A model generated the notes under the pieces. That model did not search any database. It was not told the origin of the DNA and saw nothing but the letters and a program-made list of their open reading frames with translations. 64,000 nt of DNA, from contig CM059432.1 in assembly GCA_030390025.1 (NCBI GenBank), positions 123,072,001 to 123,136,000 on the forward strand, in the 5' to 3' direction. Below are positions 36,631 through 49,506 of the stretch, piece after piece (positions within the stretch are counted from its first letter, which is position 1; each line of letters starts with the position of its first letter). A program made the position numbers and the translations under genes. Source of the stretch: Squalus acanthias. Taxonomy: Eukaryota.

Positions 36631-37910
36631 CCATATGGATATTGTTTTAACTCATCCCCTAAAGCATCTTATGTTTTAGGTCTGTGATGGAATCACATGG
36701 ACTAGGGATCGGTGCCTTTACCCAGTAAACCATCAGAGACTCAGCACAGACCAGGGATCAGTGTCTTCATCCAGTCAACTTGCAGGCAAATATTGGCTAA
36801 AGAATGGACAACTTCTGTTGAATTTGTGAGCCTTGCTTTGTGGAGTGCTTTAGTGTTTGGTGAGGCTGTTGATACAGTGAAGTTTTGCACCTGTGGGCTC
36901 GCATTTGGTTAATTAATTTATGGTAACATCAAGGTAGCAAGTGTAACCATTTCTGATCCATCCGATATAAGGCACCTGGAATAAGGGGGAAGGTCCTCTG
37001 TTTACGATCCCTCTGTCCTTGCAAGCCACCTCCCTCCCATCTCTAGTCTCCCTTTATTCTCCAAATTCCTTGAACATGTTGTCGACTCCCAAGTCCACAT
37101 CCACCTTTCCTGCAAAGCTACGTTTGAATATCCCCAATCAGGTTTCCTGTCCTGTCAGCACTAAGTCAGCCCTGCTAACACGTTAAGACCAGTGTCGAGG
37201 TCTGGGTTTGAGCAGGAATAGAAGGAGCCTGCCTCGGGTTATTTTTCAGCAGTAGCAGTATGGGTTGATGGGCCCTTTGTCTTTCTTTTCTCCATAAGTA
37301 GAAGCTGAGTATATCGCCAAAGCAGTGCAGTTCAAATCATAAAGTCTGCGTGCATAATCGTGGATACATCAAGCAGCTGCTTATTTACATATAGTAAGTA
37401 GCCTTGTTGGGAACTGTGGGTAGGAACCCACATTCTTCCACTTTGTGCCACAGTGTGTCACTCTACCCCTACATGCCACGTAATATCAGTCACTCTTTAA
37501 AGAGCTCAGTTATGTCCATAGATGTCATTTATTTCCATCTCCACATGTATTTTAGTCATTTGGTACTGAAAGCCTGGAGCAGAAATGAGTCCATGATGAG
37601 AGTGTTGGCATGGAAACTAGCAATCATATATCTGTTGCAATGCAAAAACTGTGTGGGGCACTTAGAATGTTAGATGGCATCTGTACAAATGACTAAGCCA
37701 CATAACACGGGTGTTATATTGGTGCTGATGTACATTAAAGTGTGCCCGAGGAACACAACACCCAATGCTATTTAAATCAGTTTTAAACACAGAAAATACA
37801 TCATTTAAGTAATCAGATCCATTACTGCAGAAGAAAATAAATACAAAAAGATTCAAAGAGCCAATATTGCCCAGTATTTACTCAACACTGTGATTTTCAG
37901 GCAAAATATT

Positions 37911-38637
37911 GGCCCAAAAATTAGTGCCGCTACGCGAGAGTACGCACTGTGTACTCTTGCGTATTCTGTCTCCAATTGCTGGTTTTCTGCATGCACTACG
38001 CATGCGCTGAAAACCGGCACTTGGTGATTTCAAAAGGGGGCGGTTCCTAGGTGAACCGCGTGCGCGCTACAGGCTGCGCGCACGCAGTGCACTTAGTGCT
38101 TTGAACGCGCAGGTAAGCATGGAACATTTTACACATAAAGAAAGGAGGCGTAAGACCCTCTTTTAACAAGGTAAGTAGTTAATTAAGTATTATTGTGAAT
38201 TTTTTTCAACAGGTATATATTTTTTAGAGACTTTAAAGAAAGGAAAGTTTATTTTAAAAACTTTTTAAAAGATTTTAAATTTTTTCAAAAATTTAATTTT
38301 TTGTTTAAAGTGGTTAATTTATTTAACTATACTTATTTTATTAATGTGATGGGGTTTTTTTAAAATTTAATTGAGGTTTAGCTGTTCTTTTGGGGGGGTA
38401 TAGTATTGGCTGTGAAAGCTATGAATGAAAGATGGTGTGCTGCCATTGGCTCTAACTGAGTCACGTGATCCCACAGCTCGCACGAATTAGCTGCGCCTGT
38501 GGGATACGGAAGCCCTGCACAGCTGCTGTCCAGAACATCAAGTTCGTGCGAGCTGGGAATAAAAAAGCCAACGCGCAGTGAGAGATCGCGGGGAAGCCTT
38601 ACCCTCGCACGAAGGCTCACTCACTAATTTTTGGGCC
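37911..38637. mobile_element. MITE with perfect 16-bp TIRs
   Basis: GGCCCAAAAATTAGTG / CACTAATTTTTGGGCC; architecture like 10844-11569. Confidence 0.8.
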
Positions 38638-40364
38638 AAAATCTCACCCTTTCCTGAAGCACCCGTGGGTTAAGGCACTGGCTGGTATAATGCATCAGTT
38701 TATATTTTTTGTGAATTATTTCAGCTTTTATTTATCTGTCATGTTGTGAATGTTAGTTTTAGGTATATATAGTAGCATGGCTGAGGAATCAAGATGGCTG
38801 CACAAAGAAATTGGAAAAAAATGTTGGCACAATTCATTTGTTTTTTGGCAGTGACTAGTTTCATTTTTGGGATCTGTTCTTTAACCTGTCTATTTAAGAA
38901 AGTCAGCACGGCTAACTTTGCAGGTAATGGTTAATTTGAACCGATTAAAAAAAATATGAAGCAATGATTTTTTCATGTTGAAGAGCGACCTGCGTTATAT
39001 GCAAGATTTTTAATCCGGTAGATAAATATAGCTAGATATTGAATGTGGTAATCAGCTTTGGATAATTGCTTGATAGACTTTCAGCGATTATATCACACTA
39101 CGGACATTATCTCTGGACTAACTACAAGGAGCATATTGGCCATCAATGTCCACTAGGACACCCATTATCAAAAACCCCAGAAACATAAAAATAAAATTGC
39201 TCAAAACTGCAGGGGGGTGACTTTCGATTCCGGCTTGTATCGAATGGGCAGTGACTGGAGCGTCTGCAACTTTCATGGTCGGGCCTCATTGAATTGACAC
39301 TGTGCTCCTTTCAGGCAGATCGCCAATTGGGATGGCGGGATATCTGGCGGGGCAGATGCAGCACCTTAAATGGAAGGGATGAAAACGTCAGGAGTGAAAG
39401 GGAAAGTATTTGCAGCACCTGCAGCTGCAAGGGAGATCAAGTATTGGAAGTCTTTACAGCTCAAAACACACAAGCAACTGCAATAAAATTGAGTGACAGA
39501 CCAGCTCCATGCTTTTCTTTACTGCAGCCAAAGATCCCTTTTAAATATCGCTGGAAATGGCTGCCTCCTGACTTAGCTCAATTTGCTGAGACAATGCTGT
39601 GTTATATTTATATTATCACTAAAACTTATATAATGAGGCAGCTGGCAAAATGACTCCCAATATTATTAAAGGCCTCAGTATGTGGTAAATGAAAGGGACC
39701 CAACTATCTATCGCTCTCTGTCACGAAAGCTCCACTTGCGAAATAACCAAACACTGACAATTAGGCAACTGCACAGGGCAAAAGACAGGAAAGTGTCATA
39801 TTCCTGAACTATACATTTCACAGAAAATACAGTAGACATTATACCAAATAACATAGCAACACATCTCAGAGTCAAGATCATGAGTAAACCACTTGAAATT
39901 CAGTATTGTGGCTTTGTCTCCACCCCTTGTTGTCTTAGTTCCTTGTCACACACTCCAGGCCATTTGTTGGAGTGCTGGGTATGTTGTAGTAAAATAAAAT
40001 TACTGTTCTAAAATGACTAATCTCTGTTATTAGTCAGTGCAAGTCTCTGCTGCCAAACATGGTTCACAGCTTTGCAGGACAGCGCAAGCAGAGTTTGAGT
40101 GTTTATCAGCTTGATGAACAAGTGTGGGTTGTCTTTGCTCAGAGTGTTCACCCACAAACTAGCGGAAAACAGTAAGCTCATTTTAATCTTTAAGACATGT
40201 GCAATGCATGTTTGTGGTTGTTGATGCTTCTCTGCGAGTAGTGATTAGCTTCCAGGAACTGGGGTTTCTGATTCTCTGCCAACATGGGAAAATGAAAGGT
40301 CCTTCTGTATCCCTGAGTGACTTTCAATCCTGATTTAAAGCAAAGTCATCAATGTAGAGTTTAT

Positions 40365-41168
40365 GGCTGGAATTTTCCAGAGTGTCAGCGGGTGGGATCG
40401 GTGGCGGGTCGGGTGGGAAAGTGTTTTTTTTTGACCGGGTCGGGAACGCGCCGCAACGCGCCTTTCCCAATGTCTGATCTGTCAGTGCTGAGCAGACCCG
40501 ACAGGCAGTGGCGGTGACCCAATTAAACTCATTATAGTATACTTAACGGGCTTCTTTTTTTAACTTTAACTTCATGTCCACAGGAACCATGCTGTTCAGG
40601 GACCTCGTTTGTCAACCTGAGGCGGGAATTCAGTGGGCATTGCTCCAGCTGACAGCTTCAAATGTACAGTAAAAGCTCCCACCTGACCGATCATCACTTT
40701 CCTTAGCCACAAGTTGTTTCTCAGTCAATTTCCAGCACAGATTCTGCAGGCTTTCCACTTTCCACTCTCCATCCAGTCTCACCTCATTGGAAGGGATGGG
40801 AAGAGGACCCTCCCTGCGTGCTGTAACTCCCTTCATAAGCATATGGAGGGAGTCATGGGAAAAACTGGGTACAGCCCTGCACCTCTGCAGTGATTGTCAG
40901 TGTTTGCAGCACCTCAATACTGTAGAACACTGACAGCACAAATGTCAAAATAAATTTGGACATGGTCCCTTTAAGGAAACCGGCTGATGACGCGTCATGA
41001 ATTACGTCACCAGACCCGCTTCCTCTAATTGGGCCGGGAAGCGCGCTGGGTGTGCTTAACAAGACCCATCAACATAAATTCATTTTCCAGAGCGGGATGG
41101 AGCCAGCAGCAGGGCCGTGACCCGCCATCGCCCACCCCGGACCCGCCGAGGTGAGCAAAATCCTGGCC
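40365..41168 (-). mobile_element. Internally deleted inverted copy of the 25193-27070 Harbinger-like element
   Basis: Both ends match 25193-25560 and 26640-27070; shared HDASSAGFLKGTM.KF.LTFVLSVFYSIEVLQTLTITA reading. Confidence 0.85.
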
Positions 41169-41873
41169 AACGTTGCAGGAGAGGAAATTATTGACTGCGG
41201 ACAATATTCAGGGAATGATCCAATCGCATGAATTATGCTGACTTAAATTCAAAGTTCACTATTTTTCCATAGTCAAAGGTCTTCTGTTACACACACGTTC
41301 TGCCTACATCATGAAACTCCTGGGTTTTATTAGAACTTCCATTAATTTTTATGTTGAACTTGATGGTGTCATTTCAGTGTCATATTTACTGGAACCCACA
41401 GATGCACCAGGGGTGGAGATCGTGGTGGGGTGTCACTGAAACCCACAGTTAGGAGTGCGATCAGTGTACCTGAAGATCCCCCTCCTCCCAGCGAGGCCAT
41501 GCTCAGGCCGGTGAGCTCTGCAGGAAAAATCAAAGGGCTTTTAAAGGACCCTGAACAATTACAACATCCTTTAATCCCAAATCAGGATAGACTGGGGACG
41601 CCTGAAGTTTGGAAGGGTCGTTTATGAGCAGGGAAGCAATCCCAGGCGGTCAATACTGAGCCACTCAGACTGATTGCTACAGGTGATGCTGACACAAGAG
41701 GGAGGTTCGCAGTCCACAACCACAGCCCCTGTCCACATGAAGCGAAGCAGCAATCTATAGCCATAGTCGGACTGCTGCTTTAGGGCTTATGCTGGAGCTT
41801 GATTCTTGGCAACTATTTCTGCAACTATATATCTAGGTTGAAGAATCATTACCGTCATCCACTGAGACGCATT

Positions 41874-42627
41874 GGCCCGGATGTTGCGGTGACTGGCGAA
41901 GCGATGGCGCTCGCCGCCTACCTCGAAGAAAGCTGCCCACAAAGATCTAGCGATCTCTGCGGCATGGATTTCATCTCTCCCGACGTAAATTTGAATCTGA
42001 CGCCAAGTCTAGGGGATCTCTCTAGCATCCAGCAACAGTGATGTCATCAAGTTGACTAAGCAGCCAATCACATTGAAGAATTCTCACAGACAGCAAACCA
42101 GGAAATAAAATGCACTGATTTTCCACTTTTTTAATCATTTTACAGAGAGTAAAATAAAGATTGAAACATACACGTGGGATTAAGGTAGAAGCTGAGATAT
42201 AAACAAATTTTAAAAAATATTACCTTAAAAACCATGGAATTTTTATCATAATGGAAAATTTTGACATTCCACAGATATAAAATTAGTTTTTTCAGGGCCA
42301 GAGTGGTTGTTCAGCAGTAATTAAGACTTAGTATGCTGTTAAAATCCCAGTTACACCTCATTGAACAAGGTTTAACTTTTTCTGGGGTTTTTAGCAGTGA
42401 TATTACAGCATAAAAGGGGAGGTTTTCATCAGTTCAGTGATTTCAATTGTTTGCTGGCTCTGAGGAGTTAAACAGCGCCGTGTGGAGGAGCAGGGAATGA
42501 CTGACAGCAACTTCTGAATTTCCACGTTTACGCATGTGCATACTTGAGAAGTTGCTGTCAGATTCACAATTGTAATGACGCCGAACGCTGACAGTTTTGT
42601 CGTCATTACAACTACAAATTCCGGGCC
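41874..42627. mobile_element. Harbinger-like MITE
   Basis: TIRs GGCCCGGATGTTG / CAAATTCCGGGCC; ATT/ATT TSD. Confidence 0.8.
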
Positions 42628-43425
42628 ATTAAATTTTACAGACAAGCAAGAGGCCATTTGGCCCAGCCTGCCTGTGCTGGGTCTCTGAACAAGCTCTGCT
42701 CTTTCCCCATGCCCTTGTAAATTTAACTTTTTAAAATACTTAGCCACTTCCCTTTTAAAAGCTAAGGAGATCTCATCTGATCAATATAAATTTCCATATC
42801 AGACTCAGACGTAGGTTTCCACACCAGACAGTCTCTGTAATATTGTATTTCTTTTATTTGTAATGGAAAACTGCAGATCAATATTTGTTGTAAGAAAATA
42901 ACTGACAGGAAAGCTATTACTTCTTGCTATTATAATCTCCCTTTTCAACCTTTCTACATCCATGCCCTATTTATTCATCAAGGGCTATATTTTCTTACAT
43001 TTGCTAATTTTAGCAAAAATCTAGATATGGGTATGAAACAAGGAAACCACCTTGAACTGGAGCCCTGAAAAGTACAGAAGAGTCTGTAAGCTATGGACTT
43101 ACTGACTGCGTCAATACCACTCTACAGCCACTGGCAGGAAGCACACTTTCACACGCTTACTGTCCTTTGCTCACTCCTCAAGGTCTAGCTAACAGGAAGC
43201 ACATTGTTGACAGGACTGTCTTGCTATGACACTTACAGACATTGGGCACATTTTTGGAACCGGTTCTCCAATTGCAAGTCAGCTGCACATCCAAGGCCTC
43301 TTTTTGCGTAAAAAATGAACACGGTGAAAAGCAACAAGCTATGCCTGTTGTGCAATAGTCATAGTCTGTCTGTGTTTCAACCCATGTTCACTGCCTTATT
43401 GCTGCTGATGATGTTCTGACTCACT

Positions 43426-44203
43426 GGGCTGGATATTACTCACCGAGACGAGTTGGGGGCAGGACTGCTGCCTTCCGGGTTCTAGTCCCGCCCCCAGTGA
43501 CGTCCAACGCACAGATGCTATTTTCCCCTGATTGGCCTTGTTAAGCCCGCCCTGCTTGCTGGTCAATTAAGGAAAAACCGATGTCAGATGACGTCAGTTG
43601 ATGACGCTTCATCTGCCAGTTTTCTTAAAGGCACATGAACCATAAATTTTTGACATGGTTTGACAGCATTGAGGTGCTGTCAAACACTGACAATCACTGT
43701 ACAAAGGTGAGCCCTTGCACCCAGGCTCTCCAATGACTCTTTCCTTAGGATGAAACAGATGGCAGCTGCAGGTGAGGGTACAGAAATGATCTGTCACTTC
43801 TGCCATTGAGGTGAGGCCACACAAACACTTCACAGCTTGTCATCTACAGAAAAATCTAAACACATTAAAAATTACTTTCTCAACATTTTCTTACCTCTGA
43901 TACTCACCAGTGTCCCATTGCATCCTTCACATCACTTCTGCAGCTGTCATCTGTGCACCAACAGTACAACAGACCCACAGCACGCCTCACTTACCCTGGC
44001 GGGGTTCCCCGATGTCGGGAAGCCCGCAGCAGAAGTCTAAAACTTGGAAAAAGTCTCTTAACTGCCTGTTAACTACCTATTCCTCTTCCCGACTCCCAGG
44101 AAGATTGGTTGGAGGCGGGTTCGGGACCCGTTCCCATTCTTTTTGACTTTCCCAGCAGTCCCGCCTCCAAACCTGCCTCCTCAGGGCTGGTAAAATCCAG
44201 CCC
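43426..44203 (+). mobile_element. Non-autonomous Harbinger-like element related to 25193-27070
   Basis: TIRs GGGCTGGATATTA / TAAAATCCAGCCC; ACT/ACT TSD; shared ACAGCATTGAGGTGCTG.CAAACACTGACAATCACTG. Confidence 0.8.
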
Positions 44204-44311
44204 ACTGAGTTTCTCCAGTTATCATTCGAGTGATCAAGTTGTCTCACCTGATAATTACAGGAAGAAGCACTTTCGGCGAGTCAATGATCAGAAAGCACGT
44301 GGATTCAAATA

Positions 44312-44620
44312 AGAGGAAAAACAATTTGCATTTGTATTGCACATTCTGCGACCTCAGGATGTCCCAAAGCACTTTACAGATGTTCTTTTGAAGTGCAGTC
44401 ACTGCTGTAATGTAGGAAACGCGGCAGCCAATTTTTACACAGCAAGGTTCCACAAACAGCAATGTAATAATGACCAAATAATCTGTTCTTAGATGCTGGT
44501 TGAGGGATAAATATTGGCCAGGACACCGAGGAGAACTCCCCAACTCTTGTTCGAAATAGTGGCATGGGATCTTTTACATCCACCTGAGAGGACAGATGGG
44601 GCCTCAGTTTAACGTCTCCT
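44312..44620 (-). mobile_element. 5'-truncated DeuSINE
   Basis: Similar to 12270-12580. Confidence 0.8.
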
Positions 44621-44964
44621 ATGAGAGGGACAGGCATTGGCTGAGGTACTAAAAGTAGCTGCTGCAAAAAACCTTTTAAAGTGAAAGCAATCTCTGGTTC
44701 CCATTCAAATATTAATGACTGAAAAAACATGATGATCCTGTCAGGTACTTTCAGCTACTTTAAATCACTAAAAATGGTAGTGGTGAGTAGTGCTTCGATC
44801 TGATCTATGTGTCATGCAGTGAGCCGTCCTTTTCCAACCACAATAATGTGAGCAGGCAGGGAAGGTGGGGCTGCAGATTGCATTTCTGTGGGATAGAGGC
44901 AATCTTACAGTTTTAGTATATGCTATGGAGACACAGCTATCCCAGAATCCACAGAGCGAGTGAA

Positions 44965-45265
44965 AGCTATCTTTATCGAAGGGTCGATAACAAGAAGGGA
45001 CAGATTGGCAAAGGAACCAGAGGCGACATGAGGAGAAACTTTAATACGCAATGATTGGTTAGGATTTGGAATGCACTGCCTGATAGGGTGGTGGATACAG
45101 ATTCAATCGTAGCCTTCAAAAGGAAATTGGATAAATACTTGAAGGAGAAAAAATTGCAGAGATACGGGAAACGAGCGGGGGAGTGGGTCTAACTAGATTG
45201 TTCTTCGAAAGAACCAGCACAGACTTGATGGACTGAATGGCCTTCTGTGCTGTACTATTCTATGA
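44965..45265 (+). mobile_element. CR1 3' end
   Basis: TGGAATGCACTGCC ... GAATGGCCTTCTGTGCTGTACTATTCTATG. Confidence 0.75.
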
Positions 45266-45659
45266 AAACCAGTTATTTTAAACAATACAGCCAGGACTTA
45301 CCAGCACAGTGCAGATATGGAATCGCAATCTCATATGTGACATTCCTGGCAAATGCAAGAGAGTTAGTTAGTTTTTTTTTACTGTCAAACCGAAGATGGA
45401 GTGCCTGACCTCACCAGGTAGTCAGTATAATGCCCTGGCTGACAACTAATAAAGCTCACTCAAACAGCCTGTTCAGTTCTCATATTACTCAAGGCTGAGA
45501 CTTAAACTTGTGCCCTCTCCTTGTACATTCATTAGATGAGTGCTGTATTACTGGAGCTACCAGAAGACCAAATTACTAACAGGGTATGAATCTAACCAAG
45601 AGAAAAGGATCAAAGTCCGCTCCTGACGTGCAGCGCTCATAACAAAGAAAGGCTTAGAA

Positions 45660-46170
45660 ATTACAATACACAAACAGGTCATTCGGCCCAACCAGTTCAT
45701 GTGGACATTTAACCTCCATGTGAGCAACTAGTCCTAATCAGCTTTACCCAGCCTATTCCCATATCCCTTTCTCCACTTTGCCTTCACCTGCCAATCCAAT
45801 CTAATCTTGAAGTTGACATAGTTTTTGCCTCCACCACTAACCCTGGCAGTGAATTTCACAGCCTCACAACTCTCTGTGCAAAGAGATTTCTCTGTTCTGA
45901 ATCTCTTACATATAATCTTGTATCTATGGCAGCTTGTTCTAGACCCTACAATTACTGGAAACAGTCTGGTTCTATCTACTATGGCCCATCCTTTCAAAAA
46001 TGTAAACACTTCTATCATATTGCCCATACTCTGCATTGTTCTAATGGAAAAGCTCCAATTTTTCAAGGCTTTCTTTGTACTTGTATTTCCTTATACCTTG
46101 CACCATCCTGGTAAATCTGTGTTTACCCTCTCTAAAACCTCAACATTTTTCTATAGTGTAGAGCCCAATA
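45660..46170 (-). mobile_element. Degenerate CR1 3' end
   Basis: MIEVFTFLKG and RTSCHRYKI in ORF 45734..46066. Confidence 0.7.
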
Positions 46171-46626
46171 GAATAATGAAGGAACTCAATTCAGATTAAC
46201 GAAGCCTAGTTCATGTTCAGTGTAACATGTAAAATTTAACAATATGGAAAGATTATGTTTGTGTGGGGTAAGGCTAAGAGGAAATACTTATCACAATCTC
46301 AAGTACAGGCATTCCTCACTCCACGCAGTCCCTTTACTTCCTATTCCAGTGGTGATGGTGGGGTAGGGATTACTTCTTTATAGTAACACTTCAAACTTTT
46401 GGTATTGCTTCTTGTGGGAAATATGAAGAAATGAATATCTCTTTGTGTGATAGATACAGGAACTTCGTCCATTGATTCTTGTGAATATGTTCAAAGCTGT
46501 GATAACTCAAATGGATTCAACTCATTTCCTTAAATCTGAAATGGATGCTTTGTCTATCTTATTTTCAATCTAGGCGTAAATGGATTGTGCATTTTAGACT
46601 ACTGTGAGCTGAGGAAGGGTCTGCAG

Positions 46627-46789
46627 CAATGTTCCCACTAAGCTGCCCGCACAATCTTCTGCAAGGTCCTACGTAGGCTTCTCACTGGCTTTTACTTTGT
46701 AAATACCACGCAGGCACTGAAATTTAAAGGGATCGCACCTTAAAAGAAACAGGCTGCGCAGAACAAAGCACAACTTACAGGGAGCATTG
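46627..46789. mobile_element. hAT-type MITE
   Basis: TIRs CAATGTTCCCACTAAG / CTTACAGGGAGCATTG; 8-bp TSD GTCTGCAG / GTCTGTAG. Confidence 0.75.
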
Positions 46790-48346
46790 GTCTGTAGGTT
46801 TTGAAATTCTTGAGGTATGTCTCCAGGTACGGACTCGATGGGCCGAATGGCCTCCTTCTGTGCCGTTATGACTCTAGGTGTCCCAATTCTTTGTCTGCAG
46901 GTGCTGAACTGTTAAGCCTGCTAAAATTCCAGACCGTGTAGTCCAGAAACAGCTGTCCTTTTTGAGAAGGAATTCTGGCGTATCATCAGCGGAAGGAGCA
47001 CACAAGTTTGGAGAGGACCTGCCTCTACTGAGTTTCTACTTCTTTAGTGCATCTACATCAAATAATGCGCAGGTGCTTCTTCTGCATGTCCCTCTCCCCC
47101 CCCCCCACCCGCCCTGACACTTGCGACTGCAGTTCTTTTTTTTGGGGGGGGGGGGGGGAATGTTGTCCGGGAGTCAAAACCAGGTACAGGTACTAGTCTG
47201 GACCTCGTGTTGGCCCCTTAAAGAAGATTTCGAATAATGGCCTGCCATCCATGGAGCAGCTTCCAGAGCACCACTGAAGAAGCTCCAGCCATTGCAGCAT
47301 GTTTGATTCTATTGGAACGGCACGCTGGATGCCCTGCAGCGCTGCTACTGATTTGGCAAATCATGTCAAAATAGTCTGTTGCTTTAATTTTCAGAAGAAT
47401 TAAGGATTTGCAGAAAGTGGTTCTTTAGTTCTTCTTGGATTTCTAACAGGTGCTCAGTTAAAGAACTCCATTATTCCCCTACCTGAGGAATACAGCGAGA
47501 GCCTTTATTACTCCAGGGCATTATTTAATTTCAAAAGTCTGATCCATTGTCTGGAGAATGGCTGCTAAGAGAAAGGAACTGCACTTGAGTTTTGTTTTAA
47601 AATGTATTTTCCTTATACTGCATATATATGCCTAGCATTTTTCCAGTGTAGTTGCCTTTGCAGTTTCTGTATCTTGTTTAAGTGTAAATAAGTCTCATTA
47701 ATTGGTTAGCCTGTAGAAATTTGGTTTGGTGTGTGACATTTTCAGCCATCCTACATAAATTCCAGTATGAAATCTCTGACAATCAGATCAGTTGTTGTAT
47801 CTGGGCTATGTTATCTCTAAAAAGCAGAAAGTAAAGGGACAGACTTCAGATCATAAGGAGTGCAGTCTGCTGATCAAAACTGTTATCAGGCCACTTGAAT
47901 GAAAAGATAATGAAAAGACCAAACTGCAACAACTTTTAACGTAGAACTTATAAAGAGGAAAACAAATGTTTCTTGGAGCTAAGCAGCAAGCGAATTATTC
48001 TTGTTGGAGTTAACAAGTATATTCAATGGGGACAGTTCAGAGAATGATGGCCTAGAAATAATGTTGGCACCGCGGCCATTTTACCAATGTAAAACAGATG
48101 CTTATGTGTCCAATATCGGGTGCGCTGCCTGCCATATTGGTAAAGGCTCTTGTATAGGCATCCAGGGTCTTTGTATATGCAAATGGGGGGCCAATGGTTC
48201 TATGGAACATGGTCTCAGGATAAGGAGGCCATTTAAGCCTGAGATGAGAGAGAATTTCTTGACTCTGAGGCATGTGAATCCTTGGAATTCTCTACCCCAA
48301 AGAGCAATGGATGCTGAATCGCGCTGTGGGACAGTATTATAGGACC

Positions 48347-49047
48347 ATAAGAACATAAGAAATAGGAGCAGGAGTAGGCCATTTCGCCCTTCAAGCCTGC
48401 TCTGCCATTCAATGAGATCATGGCTGATCTTCTGCCTCAACTCCATTCACCGGCCCTATCGCCATATCCCTTGATGCCCTTACTAGTCAGAAATCTATCG
48501 ACTTCTGTTTTGAATATACCCAATGACTGAGCCTCCACAGCCCTCTGGGGTAGAGAATTCCAAAGATTCACCATCCTTTGAGTGAAGAAATTTCTTCTCA
48601 TCTCAGTCCTGAATGGCCTACCCTTTATCCTGAGGCTGTGGCCCCTGGTTCTAGACTCCCCAGCTAAGGGAAACATTCTCCCAGCATCCATCCTATCAAG
48701 CCCTGTAATAATTTTGTATGCTTCAATGAGATCCCTTCTCATTCTTTTGAACTCAAGAGAATACAGGCCTAGTTTACTCAATCTCTTCTTATACGACAGT
48801 CCCGCCATCCCAGGAATCAATCTCGTGAACCTTCGTTGCACTCCCTCTATGGCAAGTATATCCTTCCTTAGATAAGGAGACCAAAATTGTACACAGTACT
48901 CCTTCAGTCATTGACCACACCAAGGCCCTATATAATTGGAGTAAGACTTCTTTACTCCTGTACTCAAATCCTCTTGTAATGAAGGCCAGCATGCCATTTG
49001 CTTTCCTAATGGCTTGCTGCATCTGCACATTCACTTTCAGTGACTCC
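48347..49047 (-). mobile_element. CR1 3' fragment, inverted copy of 30836-31546
   Basis: Near-identical translation and shared lesion. Confidence 0.9.
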
Positions 49048-49506
49048 TGGCAGTGCTGGTGGCCATCGAGCTAACTGCCACCCTCAACATTTCTGTGTCC
49101 ACTTCCTTCCAGACTAGCATAAGGAACATCTGCATTACCAGCCAATATTCTGCGCACAAACATAGCAAATAGACAACTGATGCATCGATTAACATTGCCA
49201 GCATTTTCCTTTCCTTTCCTACAGAATAGCAACAGATGCACTTCACCAGTGCTACAGTCCCTAAAGCACAAGAGCCAATGATGGCAGTCATGTGGTCACC
49301 TAGGCAGCAGCTTATTGCTCTTCCTCTGGTCCCACCTCTTGGTCCTTCTCACTGTGCAGTGACTTACCCAGTGCTGTCTCCTCATTAACTCTAGGGTGTG
49401 TGTAACTGCATTGGTGCTTGCAAATGTTGGTGAGATAGACACAGGCTTCTGTCTTCTTCTGAACTACTAGCAGCATTGATAGGATGCTCTTACAGGATTA
49501 TAATGA

